From an uncultured bacterium (GTDB taxonomy: Bacteria; Acidobacteriota; Aminicenantia; Aminicenantales; Saccharicenantaceae), in the NCBI GenBank assembly GCA_963805015.1, contig CAWDSL010000012.1, forward strand, positions 1,712 to 65,711: a stretch of 64,000 nucleotides of DNA. Reading direction: 5' to 3'. The translations under genes were made by a program, and so were the position numbers. Within the stretch, counting starts at the first letter, position 1. Every line of letters begins with the position of its first letter. Positions 45,708-57,035 of the stretch are shown one piece after another. The notes beneath the pieces were generated by a model. The model was given only the letters and a program-made list of their open reading frames with translations, had not been told where the DNA came from and did not search any database.

Positions 45708-46959
45708 CTAGAACTCGTACGTCAAGTTTACCCCAAAGAACGTCCTCTTGTCATCTTCGCCCGCCAGGTTGGAGTCCCTGGTCCACCAACTGGCGATAAA
45801 ACCGAGGGCCACGGTCTTCCTGATCCGGAAATAGACGCCTCCCGAGTGGATCGTGAATTCGTCGAGCCGTTTCTCGTCCGGCCCGCCGCCTCCGACTACG
45901 GGATAGCGGTTCCTGCCCTTCGAAAAATCGTAGTCGAAGCGCAGGAATCTCACCGGATAGAGGGACGCCCCGACGCCCGGCCGGCTCTCGATATAGTAGG
46001 GATTCCCGTACCAGAGCGAGAAGCGCACGTCCCTGACGTACGATCCCCGGATGACGAACGGCTTCGCCAGCCGGACGGAGAGCTGGGAGTCGCCGACGAG
46101 CCCCTTGTAGTCCGGCCCGTCCACGGCCCGGACGTCGTATTGCTTGTAGCCGAGGCGGACGCGCCCCCGCACCCGCCTGCCCAGCCGCGAGAATTCGATC
46201 CCGGCGTAGGCCGCCCCGCTCCGGGCGTCGCCGACGGCCGCCTGGCTCGCGAACTCGAAATCGTACTGCCCGTACTCGAAGTCCAGGAAAAAGCGCCTCT
46301 GCGTCGAGGCCTGGTAGAAAAGCGACAGATTGGCGTAGCTCTCCCGGCGGTTCATCCGTTCCCTGACATCGAAGTCGTCACCATAAACGACGCTCGCATA
46401 ATCGTACTTGACCGTCCGCCCGCCCAGGGAGAAGGAGGTCCGATGGGCCAGGTTGACCAGCATGGAACCGCCGTAGGCCGTCTCCTTCCGTCTCGGCCGG
46501 ATGTCGATCTCCGTGTTCCACCGCTCGCGGGCGTCCGAGTAGGCCCCCTCGAGCGCTGAAGAAAACGTTCTTGAGGCTCAGCTGGGCCGCCCCGGCCGAG
46601 TAGTAGTTCCAGGTCCGTTCTCTCTCGGTCTTGCTGTACCAGACGTATTGGGGCGAACCGTAGGCCGTCAGGACGAACTTCCGGTGGATGGGCAGGTAGA
46701 TCGTGGCCGCCGGTCCGGCCGTGACCGTGAAGTCCTTGACCGGCTCGGCCGGCGAATAGAAGACGTTCGAATCGACGCCCGCGTTCGATGATGACGAGCG
46801 AGGGCTGGATCTTGAACGGCCCGAAATGCCACGGGGCATCCGCCATCCGGCGCTGGAGCTCGAGGCCCTTCCAGGTTTCGGCGTTTGCCGGCAGGACGGC
46901 GGCCGCCGCCGTTATGAGCAGGAGGAGACGGGAGAGCGCGCCGTCCGGTCGGACCTCAT
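45708..46959 (-). CDS. EPS-associated outer-membrane beta-barrel protein (EpsL/bbp2-like), about 3 frame breaks
   Basis: ATG 46959 forms an ATGA overlap with the capD stop. The signal peptide LLLLITAAAAAVLPANA and beta-strand-rich body are spread over ORFs 46352..46846, 46378..46839 and 45708..46463, ending ..FFGVNLTYEF*. Frame switches fall near 46925, 46785 and 46550 (a C5 run). Confidence 0.65.
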
Positions 46960-48834
46960 GCCCGGTCCTCCCGATGGAATCCGATCCCCATGTCCGACAG
47001 GACCCGCACGATCCTTTCGGCGTCCCCCGCCCCGGCCGCCTCGAGAATGTCCTGGACGCCCCGGAGCGCCTTCCCGTTCGAGTTCTCCATCGGCGGGGCG
47101 ACGAAGATCTTCTCGAACTTGGTCGACCTCGTCCTCTCCTCGTCGATCAGGATCTCCTCGTAGAGCTTCTCGCCCGGCCTTATGCCCACGTAGCGGATCT
47201 CGATGTCCTCTTCCTTGATGCCCCGAGAGCCGGATCAGGGTCTTGACCATGTCGACGATCTTGATGGGCTCGCCCATGTCGAGGACGAAGATCTCGCCCT
47301 TCTCCCCCAGCGTCCCGGCCTGGATGATGAGGTGGACGGCCTCGGCGATCGACATGAAGTAGCGCCTCATCTCCGGGTGGGTGACGGTGACCGGCCCGCC
47401 CCGCTCGATCTGCTTGCGGAAGAGCGGCACGACGCTGCCCCGGCTGCCCAGGACGTTGCCGAACCGGACGCACGAGAACTTCGTGCCGTTCCGCTTGGCG
47501 CAGTTCTGGACGATGATCTCGCCGAGCTTCTTGGTCGCCCCCATGACGCTCGTCGGGTTGACGGCCTTGTCGGTCGAGATGAAGATGAACCGCTCGACGC
47601 CGGACGCGGCCGCCGTCTCGACGACGTTGATCGTCCCCAGCACGTTGTTCAGGATCGCCTCGGAGACGTTGAGCTCCATCAGCGGCACGTGCTTGTGGGC
47701 CGCGGCGTGGAAGACGATCTCGGGCCGGTACTTCTCGAAGATGAGCTTCAGCCGGTCGCCGTTCTTGATGTTGGCGATGACCGGATGGACGATGACCCCG
47801 TCTCTCCGCTGCGCCTTGAGGTCGTTGTCGATGTCGAAGATGCTGTTCTCGTCCTTGTCCAGGAGGACGATCTCCGCGGGTCTCATGGCCGCGAGCTGGC
47901 GGCAGAGCTCCGAGCCGATCGATCCGCCCGCGCCCGTGACCAGGATGCGCTTGCCGCCGTAGACCTTCGAGACCTCGGGCAGATGCTTCTCGATCTGGAA
48001 AACACTCCGGCCCAGGAGGTCGTCGATGTTGACCTCCCTGACCTTGGTGATCTTGACCTTGTCGTCGAGCATCTCGAAGATGCCGGGGACGATCCGGACC
48101 TTGAGGCCGGCCCCCTGGCAGATCTCGACGATCCGCCGGATGTCCTTGGAGGAGGCGTTGGCGATGGTGATGATGGCCTCGTTGATGCCGTAGGCCTGGG
48201 CGAACTCGGGGATGCGCGAGGTGTCGCCGAGGACCCGGACGCCCTGGATATTCTTCCCCTTCTTTTCCGGGTCATCGTCGACGAATCCGGCGACGGACAT
48301 GCCCAGGTCGGACCTGTTCTGGAGCTCCTTGAGAACGGCGTTGCCGCCATCGCCGGCGCCGATGAGCAGGACGATCTTCCTGGGCGTTCCGTTCTGTGCC
48401 CTGGCCCTCGCGGTCCTTCGTTTCGGCCGATATCCGACGGAGCATCCTGATCCCGGAGGTCGCCCAGGATCACCAGGAGGAACTCGATGACGATGACGCT
48501 GGACGGCACCCGCAGGATCGGGATGCTTCAAGGGCGCAAGATATCTTAAAGCCAATAAGAGCATCGTCAAAGGAACAGACGCCTTGACCAGGAGGAGCGC
48601 ATCTCGAATAGAGACATATCGCCAAACGATCGTATAGACCGCGAAGAGGTAAAAAAGCAGGATTCTCGCCGCGATGATGTACAGCGCCAGAAAAAGCATC
48701 TGGCTGAGATATCCACCCGGAGGCAGCCCCTCGAACCTAACGAAATAGGCCGCAACCCAGGAGAAGCCGAAGATGACAATGTCGATCAGGACCTGACTCA
48801 TCTTGTTGAAAAGCAGCTTGCGAAAAGAAGTCAT
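46956..48834 (-). CDS. capD: membrane-bound nucleotide-sugar 4,6-dehydratase (CapD/WbpM/PglF-like), 3 or more frame breaks
   Basis: ORF 46912..48834 has an N-terminal TM region and the SDR core (ILVTGAGGSIGSEL.., STDKAVNPTSVMGATK). The C-terminus IKEEDIEIRYVGIRPGEKLYEE.. is in ORF 46956..47189. Frame switches fall near 48500, 48420 and 47222 (a C4 run). Confidence 0.8.
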
Positions 48835-48918
48835 AGTTCAGTCCCTACAAGATCCTCTGAGAGGATAACGAATTCATCCGATTTCGGCAACCTTGAACTC
48901 TCGGTGGAGGCTACAATC

Positions 48919-50001
48919 TCAAGACCGTGCCCCTCGAGCCGCCCCACGTTCTCTCGATAGGACCAATAAAAGAGGAACAACCAGGATCATCGCCAGCGCG
49001 AGTATGGAGACGAAATCCGCGATCAGCCTATCCCTCAAGAAGACGAATGAAACAGCGGCCGCGCTGCCGGTTAATCCGAGGAACATATAGATCAGGGCGA
49101 CAGCTCTGTGGCTGAGACCCGTGAGAACCAGCCGCTGGTAGAGATGGGAACGATGAGCTTGTGAGAGCCGTTCTCTTCTCATCAGACGGCGGATGAGGGT
49201 GAACGCCGTATCGGCGATGAAAGGAGAGAGCATCAACACGCCGGCCATGGGCAGCCTTTCGGCCTCATGCCCGATGGCCGATCGCTGCGCATAGAGCGGC
49301 AATACCGCGAACGTATAACCCAGGAACGCGCTCCCGACATCTCCCATAAAGACGCTCGCAGGCGGCCAATTGTGCACAAGAAAACCAAGAACAGCGGATC
49401 CGATCACGATCGCAACGAGAGAAACGATCAACCTGCCTGATAGGAGCCCGACCAGGAGCCAGCCCGCGGCCGCAGTCAGGGCCTGGACACCAGCGATCCC
49501 GTCGATACCATCCATGAAGTTGTAAGCGTTTATCAGCCCCACGATCCAGACGAGGGCGGCAATAGTCCCCAACCATCCCAACTCGATCACTCCAAGAAAA
49601 GGCGTCTGGAGCGAACTCCATCCTCCCAGTGCCCAGATGGCTAGACCGGCCGCCGCGATATGGACGGCCAGGCGGATCGCCGGCGATAGTCCGTCCCGGA
49701 CATCATCGAGCCAGCTTGTGATGATCACCAGGAGCGCTCCCGCATAAACGGGGAGTATTATGCCTATCGAATGTTCGGGATACCCGATACCGCCGAAAAA
49801 AAACAGCCTTTCCGAAACGATGAAGATCAAAGCCACCAGGATTATCCCGATCCCACCGCCTCGTGGCGTCGGCCTCGTATGCAAGCTTCGGTCATTCGGG
49901 TTATCCAATAATTTGTTTTTTTCGGTCGCCCACCGACGGAAAAACAGGATAATCGCCCAGCTCAGAACAGCCGAAATGACTCCAACGCCGATCAACTCCA
50001 T
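48919..50001 (-). CDS. initiating glycosyl-1-phosphate transferase, GT4 MraY/WecA/WbpL family
   Basis: ORF 48919..50052. Start taken at ATG 50001 (MELIGVGV). Polytopic, with NAYNFMDGIDGIAG and VFMGDVGS motifs. Confidence 0.8.
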   Translation of the reverse strand: MELIGVGVISAVLSWAIILFFRRWATEKNKLLDNPNDRSLHTRPTPRGGGIGIILVALIFIVSERLFFFGGIGYPEHSIGIILPVYAGALLVIITSWLDDVRDGLSPAIRLAVHIAAAGLAIWALGGWSSLQTPFLGVIELGWLGTIAALVWIVGLINAYNFMDGIDGIAGVQALTAAAGWLLVGLLSGRLIVSLVAIVIGSAVLGFLVHNWPPASVFMGDVGSAFLGYTFAVLPLYAQRSAIGHEAERLPMAGVLMLSPFIADTAFTLIRRLMRRERLSQAHRSHLYQRLVLTGLSHRAVALIYMFLGLTGSAAAVSFVFLRDRLIADFVSILALAMILVVPLLLVLSRERGAARGARS

Positions 50002-50020
50002 GTTCTTCAGATATCCCCCG

Positions 50021-51028
50021 CTAGATTTCCCCGGTTCTCCGCATCTCGGCAATGACCTCGGACCAGCCGCGAATCAGATCGAATCGGGGCACGAAGCCCA
50101 ACTCGCTCGCGATACGTTTAGAGCTTACGGGCAGGTCCTCCAGATATTTGTTTACGGTCTTTCGGGATAGAGGCAAAGGTCTTCCCGTTATTCTCCCTCC
50201 GAGCTCGACCGCGCCAGCCGCAAAGAGCGCGACTCCGGATGGAACCGATATCCGGGGGGGCCTTCGCCCTAAGAGCTCCGAAAGCGTCCGGACGATCTCG
50301 GCCAAGGAGTAGATGCGTCCGTCCGTGACATTGAAGATCCGGCCCGCTGCCGCAGGATGTACCGCGGCAAGGACGGCCGCTGAGGCCGCGTCTTGATCGT
50401 AGACCAGCGTCCTTCTATTTTCGCCTCTGCCGACGGCGACGAACCGCCTTCGCGCCAAGCCACGCACAAGGCGCCTATAGTTCCCTTTGACTCGCGTCCC
50501 ATAGACGGCACTCATACGAAGCACCGTACCCAGGGCTTGACCCGACGACGCCCCGGCTCCCAGTACAAGTCCCTCCGCGGCGAGCTTCGTCCTAGCATAC
50601 TCGGTGTCCGGATGCGGCAGATCCTCCTCAGAAAAAATTTGGCCCTGGCCGGGACCGTAGACGGCAGACGTACTGAAGAAGACGAGTCTCCTGACATTCT
50701 CTTTGAGGCAGGCCCTGACGATATTCGAAGTGCCCTGAACGTTGATGAGATCGTATTTGGGATCTAAAGATCGAGGCGGATCTTCTTTATGAAGGAGGGC
50801 CGCCATATGCACGACATAATCCACATCCTTCGCGGCCGAATCGATATCGTTGCGACTCGTGATATCCCCTATCCGATTCTCGACCGCATCGGGAAACATG
50901 CCTTGTTCGGGTGGATCGATCGAAAAAGTCCTTACGGAAAAACCCTCTTTCAGGAAGGCATGGACGACGCTGGGCCCGACGGCGCCCGTGGCCCCCGTTA
51001 TCAAGACGCGTCCGGCCGTAGAATTCAT
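50021..51028 (-). CDS. NAD-dependent epimerase/dehydratase (WbjF-like position)
   Basis: An intact 335-aa ORF. It has the Rossmann motif ITGATGAVG and an SDR YxxxK-type region (YARTKLAAE). Confidence 0.75.
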   Translation of the reverse strand: MNSTAGRVLITGATGAVGPSVVHAFLKEGFSVRTFSIDPPEQGMFPDAVENRIGDITSRNDIDSAAKDVDYVVHMAALLHKEDPPRSLDPKYDLINVQGTSNIVRACLKENVRRLVFFSTSAVYGPGQGQIFSEEDLPHPDTEYARTKLAAEGLVLGAGASSGQALGTVLRMSAVYGTRVKGNYRRLVRGLARRRFVAVGRGENRRTLVYDQDAASAAVLAAVHPAAAGRIFNVTDGRIYSLAEIVRTLSELLGRRPPRISVPSGVALFAAGAVELGGRITGRPLPLSRKTVNKYLEDLPVSSKRIASELGFVPRFDLIRGWSEVIAEMRRTGEI

Positions 51029-51044
51029 TCCGTGCTGTCAGGGT

Positions 51045-52292
51045 TTACGATGAAGTGAGTTCTCGGATGAGATGATCGTAACGATCGGTAACCGCTTTCC
51101 TCGAGTATTGCCTTTGGACGTGATCACGGCCCGCTATCCCGAATTTCTCCCATCCTTCCTTGTCTTTAGAGGCCCGGAGAATCGCGTCTGCGAGGTCCCG
51201 GCTGGATCCCGGCTGGACGACGATCCCGCACTCGGCCTCCAGCACCAACTTAGCCAAGTCGGATGTCGATTCCGTGACGGCGATCACGGGGCGGGCGCAA
51301 GCCATGATCCGATACACCTTCGAGGGGATCGCATCGAACCCGGCTTCGGAGGTTTGAGGGACGAGGTTAAGGTTAGAGGTGGCGTAGATCTGCGGGACGA
51401 GGGAGTACGGCTGATGAGGCAAGAAGATGAGATTTTTAAGGCCCAAGGCCGCGGCCCTCTTCCGGAGTGCCGCTGTCTTCATGCCTTCGCCGATCATCAT
51501 GAACACTATCTCCCCTCTTTCTTTCAGCAGGAAGGCCGCGTCGAGGAACGTTTCGAGGCCTTGGGGAACCCCCATATTCCCCGCATAGCTGATCACAAAT
51601 CTATCCTGGACCCCATAAGCACGGCTAAATGTATTGTGCTTTTCCATAGGACGGAATTCGGCAAGGTCAACGAAGTTGGGGATGATCCTGACCTTACCAT
51701 CCGGGACGCCCTTCCTGATGAGGTTCGTTCGCATGCTGGGGGTAATTACGCTGATCCTAGCCGCCTTTCGATAAACAAATCTCTCGAGACGGTATAAAAA
51801 GCTGATCGCCGTCCGGCTCCGAAGCGCGCCCAGACGAATGGCGATATCCGGATAGATCTCCTGGACGTTATAAACGAAGCGCGATCCGCGCACCGCCCCA
51901 ATCATCCAAGCACTGAGCCCGATTGTAAGAGGCGGCGATGGCACGAGGATCACATCAGGCTTCGGGATCACCACGATCCCGGCGAACGTGCTCATCACGT
52001 GAAAGCTCAGCCAAGCGGTCAGTCTGAGGGCCACGTTGCTGCCCTTCCTGGGCATCATTGTATGGAATACGGGAATTCCCTGATAGCTGCTCGTTGCCAG
52101 GAGAGGACCCCAGACGGGTCGCCGGGGTTGCCTTAGCTCTTCCTCTTCGTCACGATTGTAATGAGGGGTGGTCGTTAGGACAGTAACCGAGTGGCCACGA
52201 TCCCGCAGGTCACTCGCCAGATCGCCCATGATATGGGCCGTCGAAACATTATCGGGAGGGAAAACCAAGCTCAGGATCAGGATGTTTGCCAC
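51045..52292 (-). CDS. wbuB: GT4-family glycosyltransferase, WbuB/WbjE-like (L-FucNAc transferase type)
   Basis: An intact 415-aa ORF. The N-terminus MANILILSLVFPPDNVSTAHIMGDLASDL is typical of WbuB-like proteins. It sits directly after fnlC. Confidence 0.65.
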   Translation of the reverse strand: MANILILSLVFPPDNVSTAHIMGDLASDLRDRGHSVTVLTTTPHYNRDEEEELRQPRRPVWGPLLATSSYQGIPVFHTMMPRKGSNVALRLTAWLSFHVMSTFAGIVVIPKPDVILVPSPPLTIGLSAWMIGAVRGSRFVYNVQEIYPDIAIRLGALRSRTAISFLYRLERFVYRKAARISVITPSMRTNLIRKGVPDGKVRIIPNFVDLAEFRPMEKHNTFSRAYGVQDRFVISYAGNMGVPQGLETFLDAAFLLKERGEIVFMMIGEGMKTAALRKRAAALGLKNLIFLPHQPYSLVPQIYATSNLNLVPQTSEAGFDAIPSKVYRIMACARPVIAVTESTSDLAKLVLEAECGIVVQPGSSRDLADAILRASKDKEGWEKFGIAGRDHVQRQYSRKAVTDRYDHLIRELTSS

Positions 52293-52316
52293 AGGAGTAA
52301 AAAGCTCAGGAATAGG

Positions 52317-53453
52317 TTAATTGGATTGTTTATGCCAGACCGAACGATTCACGTAATCCGTGTAGCTCAAAATGATCCTCAAGACCTTCTCGGAAACGTT
52401 CGGAGCTTGATAATCGGACACGATCCGTATCAACCGGTCCTGACCGCGAGGTTGAGAAGCCAAAACGGCGAGCCCCCTCTGGACATTGCCGTAATCCATG
52501 CCCACAAACATTACGGCGCCTTCTTCCATTCCCTCGGGACGTTCGTGAGCTTCCCGGATGTTCAGTGCCGGAAAGTTCAGGATATTCGATTCCTCGGTCA
52601 GGGTCCCGCTGTCGGAAAGCACGGCCTTGGCCCCCAACTGGAGCTTGAGGTAGTCGCTAAAACTGAAGGGCTTGGCCAGAAACACGCGAGGCGACAGGTC
52701 CGGCGCCTCGGTTTCTATCTTCTTGCGGGTTCGTGGATGGGTCGTAACGATGACCCGGCAGCCCTGTTCTTCCGCCAGTCCATTCAGGATCCGGATCAGT
52801 CCCTGAAAACGAGCGGGCGAGTCAATGTTCTCTTCCCTATGAGAGCTCACAAGAAAATATTCGTTTGGCGTAATCGCCATTCGAGCGAGCACATCTGAAG
52901 TTCGAGCCTTCGGCAGATAGTGCTGAATGACCTCGAAGAGCGGACTTCCCGTCTTGATGATACGGTCCGGAGGCAGGCCCTCTTTCAGCAGGTACTCTCT
53001 CGAGATATCGCTGTACGGCAGGTTGATATCGGCTAGATGGTCAATGATCCGTCTGTTGATCTCCTCCGGCACTCGCTCGTCGAAGCACCGGTTGCCCGCT
53101 TCCATATGGAAGATGGGGATCTTCCTCCGTTTGGCGCTGTATGCGGCCAAACAAGAATTGGTATCCCCCAGCACTAAAAAAGCATCCGGCCCAAACCGAT
53201 CGAGAACGCCGTCCATGTTCGAGATGATCTTCCCTACCGTCGCACTGGCCGTTTCCCCCGCGGCTCCGAGGAAACTGTCAGGCGGGCGGATCCCGAGGTC
53301 CTCGAAGAAGATCTGATTGAGCTCGTAATCATAATTCTGCCCGGTATGAACAAGGATATGCTCACATTCCCGATCAAGAACCGCGATGACGCGCGACAAG
53401 CGGATGATCTCGGGCCGCGTCCCAACGACCGTCATGACCTTGAGCCTCTTCAT
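52317..53453 (-). CDS. fnlC: UDP-N-acetylglucosamine 2-epimerase (non-hydrolysing; FnlC/Cap5G-like)
   Basis: In ORF 52317..53564; ATG 53453 forms an ATGA overlap with the fnlB stop. N-terminus MKRLKVMTVVGTRPEIIRL with conserved epimerase_2 blocks. Confidence 0.85.
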   Translation of the reverse strand: MKRLKVMTVVGTRPEIIRLSRVIAVLDRECEHILVHTGQNYDYELNQIFFEDLGIRPPDSFLGAAGETASATVGKIISNMDGVLDRFGPDAFLVLGDTNSCLAAYSAKRRKIPIFHMEAGNRCFDERVPEEINRRIIDHLADINLPYSDISREYLLKEGLPPDRIIKTGSPLFEVIQHYLPKARTSDVLARMAITPNEYFLVSSHREENIDSPARFQGLIRILNGLAEEQGCRVIVTTHPRTRKKIETEAPDLSPRVFLAKPFSFSDYLKLQLGAKAVLSDSGTLTEESNILNFPALNIREAHERPEGMEEGAVMFVGMDYGNVQRGLAVLASQPRGQDRLIRIVSDYQAPNVSEKVLRIILSYTDYVNRSVWHKQSN

Positions 53454-54576
53454 TTCTTCACCTCTGCGGGATACGTATCGGGTTTGTCGGGATCGAAGAC
53501 CTCGCTGGCCCAAAAGAGAACGATCATCTCTGACTGGCCGACGTTTTCTATGGAATGCGTCCAACCGGGCGGAATATCGACGATTCGCGTATCGCGTCCC
53601 GTCAAGGGGTACTCGACCAGTTCGTCCGTATCCATCTTACGGAAACGGATGATCGCCTCCCCTTCGAGAACGATGAACTTCTCGACTTTCAGGTCATGAT
53701 AGTGATTCCCGCGCGTGATCCCCGGCAGGGTTCGAGAGACAAAAAGCTGTCCATATCCATCGAACTTGAGGAGCTCGGCCAAGCTGCCCCGAGTCATCGG
53801 TCTTCAGAGATGGCTCATAATCGAATCCATCGTCCGGAAGATACGAGATGTAGGTGCCATAAAGCCTTCGCTCTAAAGGATCTTGCAGGTCCGGTTGAAC
53901 TAGGCTGATCCGACCCGCCCGAAACCGCCGAATCCTGATCTGCCAGTTCGCCCAACTTGACTCTATAGGTCGGTTTGGCCTGTTCGAATTCAATCCCTTT
54001 GCGGTCCGTTCCCTCGTTGACCGAGTTGATCAGGGCTCCTACCACATCGTCGACATGGACGATCTCGATCTCTCGGGCCGGATCTGAGATCTGGATCGGC
54101 ATGTCTCGAGCGATGTTGTGACAGAATGTTGCCACAACCGAGTTGTAATTGGGCCTGCACCATTTACCGAAGACTCCAGGAAAACGAAAGATCCTCACTG
54201 AAGTTTTTGTCCGGCGGGCGTATTCGATAAGCAGGTCTTCAGCCCGTTTTTTCGATCGACCATAGGGTGTATCGATCAAGGCTTGGGCGGAAGAGGAAAG
54301 GATGATCAATGGATGCCGGCCCCGCCGTTCTAGACCAGAGAGCAACGTAGCCAGGTAATCTACGTTTGCTGCTTCAAACTCGGCGACCCGTTCCGGCCTA
54401 TTGACTCCGGCTAAATGGACGAGCGCATCGCATGAATCCAGCGCCTCCTCCTGAAAAGACGAGGAAGAATCGATATCAATCGAAGAGATCCTGACCTCCG
54501 GAAACCGCTTGAGCGCCAAGACGTAATTCTTCCCGATAAATCCCGAGGCGCCGGTCACCATTACATGCTTTAGCAT
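53450..54576 (-). CDS. fnlB: SDR + cupin reductase of the UDP-L-FucNAc pathway (FnlB/Cap5F-like), 2 frame breaks
   Basis: The N-terminus is in ORF 53815..54576 (VMVTGASGFIGKN..), the middle in ORF 53694..53993, and the C-terminal cupin in ORF 53450..53797 (RGSLAELLKFDGYGQLFVSRTLPGITRGNHYH). Frame switches fall near 53950 and 53800. Confidence 0.75.
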
Positions 54577-54578
54577 GG

Positions 54579-55593
54579 CTATCCTGCCAGTTCCTGCTTA
54601 ATAAAATCCTGTTTCGAGAGGAGATCCACTAATTCATCCAGCCCAAGCCGGCGAGTCGAGTGCGAAGTATAGTCTCGTTCTTCGGAAACGCGTTTTTCGC
54701 CCTGTGTGAAGTATGGATCATAACTGAGGTCCCGGTTATCATACGGGATACGATAATATGCGCCTAGATCCTCGCTCCGGAACATTTCCTCCCTGGTAAG
54801 TAGTGTTTCGTAGAGCTTTTCGCCGTGCCTGGTACCTATTATGTTTATGGGATTATTGGCCCTAAAAACGGCTTTTAGAGCATCAGCCAGCGTCCCGATC
54901 GTCGCCGCCGGGGATTTCTGGACAAAGATGTCGCCAGGGCGGGCGTTTTCAAACGCGTAGATGACCAGGTCCAGGGCGTCGTCGACAGACATCATGAATC
55001 TCGTCATTTCCGGGTCTGTGACCGTGAGAGGTCTTCCTTCCTTTATCTGCTGCATGAATAGCGGGATTACAGAACCGCGTGAAGCCATGACATTTCCGTA
55101 GCGGGTCCCGCATAATACGGTTCCTTCATTACCAAGCACCCGGGCCTTTGCCACCATCAACTTCTCCATCATGGCTTTGGATATGCCCATCGCATTGATC
55201 GGATAAACGGCCTTATCCGTCGATAAGACGATCAGCTTCTTTACTCTCGCGTCGATTGCCGCGTTCAGCACGTTCTCGGCCCCGAGTAGCGTTCGTCCGG
55301 ATCGCCTCCATCGGATAGAATTCACACGATGGGACCTGTTTGAGTGCCGCAGCATGGAAGACGATATCTACCCCGTTCGACCGGCCCATCGATGCTGTCG
55401 AATATCCCGAACGTCTCCAATGTAGAACTTCAATCTTGGGATCGGAATAGAATACGCGCATATCATCCTGCTTCTTTTCATCGCGAGAGAAAATCCTGTA
55501 TCTCGTGGATCTCAGTCCTTAAAAACCGCCTTAGGACGGCATTGCCAAATGTGCCTGTGCCGCCGGTGATCAGCGTTCCTTTTTTTCGAACAT
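54579..55593 (-). CDS. fnlA: UDP-GlcNAc 4,6-dehydratase/5-epimerase (FnlA/Cap5E-like), 4 or more frame breaks in the first 300 bp
   Basis: ATG 55593 is followed by MFEKK; after a T7/A7 run (55580-55586) the sequence GTLITGGTGTFGNAVLRRF appears in another frame. The stretch KFYIGDVRD / YSTASMGRSNGVDIVFHAAALKQVPSCEFYPMEAIRTN / LGAENVLNAAI.. alternates between frames. The C-terminal 258 aa are intact in ORF 54579..55355. Confidence 0.75.
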
Positions 55594-55657
55594 GCTTCTT
55601 CTTCCTTTAGACTCCGCATGGCCATTTTTCGCATTAGCATTGCGAGCAGAGCTAGAC

Positions 55658-56418
55658 TTAACGAGGCTTCTTTTTGGCCTCTGTTCGGATAATTGATGAG
55701 GACAGCGCGATAAATCCCCTTAAAGACGAATAAGCTCCCCGCCGCAGCCCCTATGACTCCGAACCGATCGATAAGCATTTTGATATCATCAAGAGAGCCA
55801 GCGCCCCCAAGAACTGTCATGGGAATACTCAAGGCTTGCGCATTCTTCCGACAAGGTCCAATGTCATATCCCTTCATCGTACCATCTCTGTCGACAGAAT
55901 TGATGATTATTTCGCCGGCCCCGTAACCTTTCCAGGAGTCCGGCAGAATCCGATGGGTCCTTACCAGTATTCCTTTCCGCATTGTGCGTCCATACCTCAT
56001 AATTGCCCTTATTTTGGTTTTTTTTAATGTCCAGGACAACGACCACGCTCTGACTGCCTACGCATTCGGCGAGCTCTGCTACAAGTTCGGGCCTTTCAAT
56101 GGCCGCGGTACTGATCGCGACTTTTTCAACTCCCAATCCAAATATCCTCCTGGCTTGCTCAGCTCTTAAAATGCCTCCGCCATAACACAAGGGCATCCGG
56201 CATTCCTCTGCCAGATGTATCGATCATAGCGTAATCAGGCTCTCGCCTCTCTTTTGTGGCGTCGATATCGAGCACAACGAGTTCATCGACTTCTTTTTCG
56301 TTGAATATCCGAACCGCATTGATCGGATCGCCGACGTATTTGCCGTCCTGAAATTGACGGTTTTCGTAAGCCCTCCGTTCTTGATTAGAAGGCACGGGAT
56401 TATCCTCGGATATAACAT
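55658..56418 (-). CDS. wbuZ: HisF-like cyclase subunit (WbuZ-like), 3-4 frame breaks; 3' end uncertain
   Basis: MLYPRIIPCLLIKNGGLTKTVNF (ORF 56224..56418), DGKYVGDPINAVRIFNEKEVDELVVLDI (ORF 56159..56434), ECRMPLCYGGGI.. (ORF 55864..56196) and ..GAGEIIINSVDRDGTMKGYDI..LGGAGSLDDI..YRAVLINYP (ORF 55512..56039). Confidence 0.65.
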
Positions 56419-56420
56419 TG

Positions 56421-57035
56421 TTATAGCTCAGCAAAATTCTTTAGAAGTCGGATCCCCCATTGGTGACTTTTTTCCGGATGGAACTGAACACCAAAGATAT
56501 TCGCAGGAGTTCACAGCGCAGCAAACTCGCCGCCATAATCTGCGACGGCAATGACATCTTCGGCTTTTTGACAAGACAGATAATACGAATGCAAAAAATA
56601 AAAGCGCGCGCCACGCTCCAGATCTTGAAACAGCCTATTTTCGCCCTTCGGGCTGACTTCATTCCAACCCATATGCGGTACTTTCATTAGATCCCGTTGA
56701 GTGGAGGCTTCGATTTTCTTAACTGTACCGTCGATCCAGCCGAGCCCGGGCAGTCTTCCCTCCTCACTGGAACAGGCAAGCATTTGCATGCCTACGCAAA
56801 CTCCTAGATGGGCACCTTACGGAGTCTCGACGATTTCGTCAAGGGCAGGTCGGAGGCCGGATTTATTCAGTTGCTTCATCGCATAATCAAAAGCGCCAAC
56901 TCCCGGAAGGATGATCTTATTGGCTGCCTCGAGATCAATCTGCTTATTAGTGACAACGGCAGGGACGCGCAGCTTACTAAACACGTGAGCAAAGGCCCTG
57001 ACATTCCCAAGACCATAATCGATGATCGCGATCAC
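56421..57035 (-). CDS. wbuY: HisH-like glutamine amidotransferase subunit (WbuY-like), 2 frame breaks
   Basis: MIAIIDYGLGNVRAF..ILPGVGAFD (ORF 56817..57035), GVCVGMQML..VPHMGWN (ORF 56511..56789), and the tail NIFGVQFHPEKSHQWGIRLLKNFAEL* in a third frame, with its stop at 56423..56421. Confidence 0.7.
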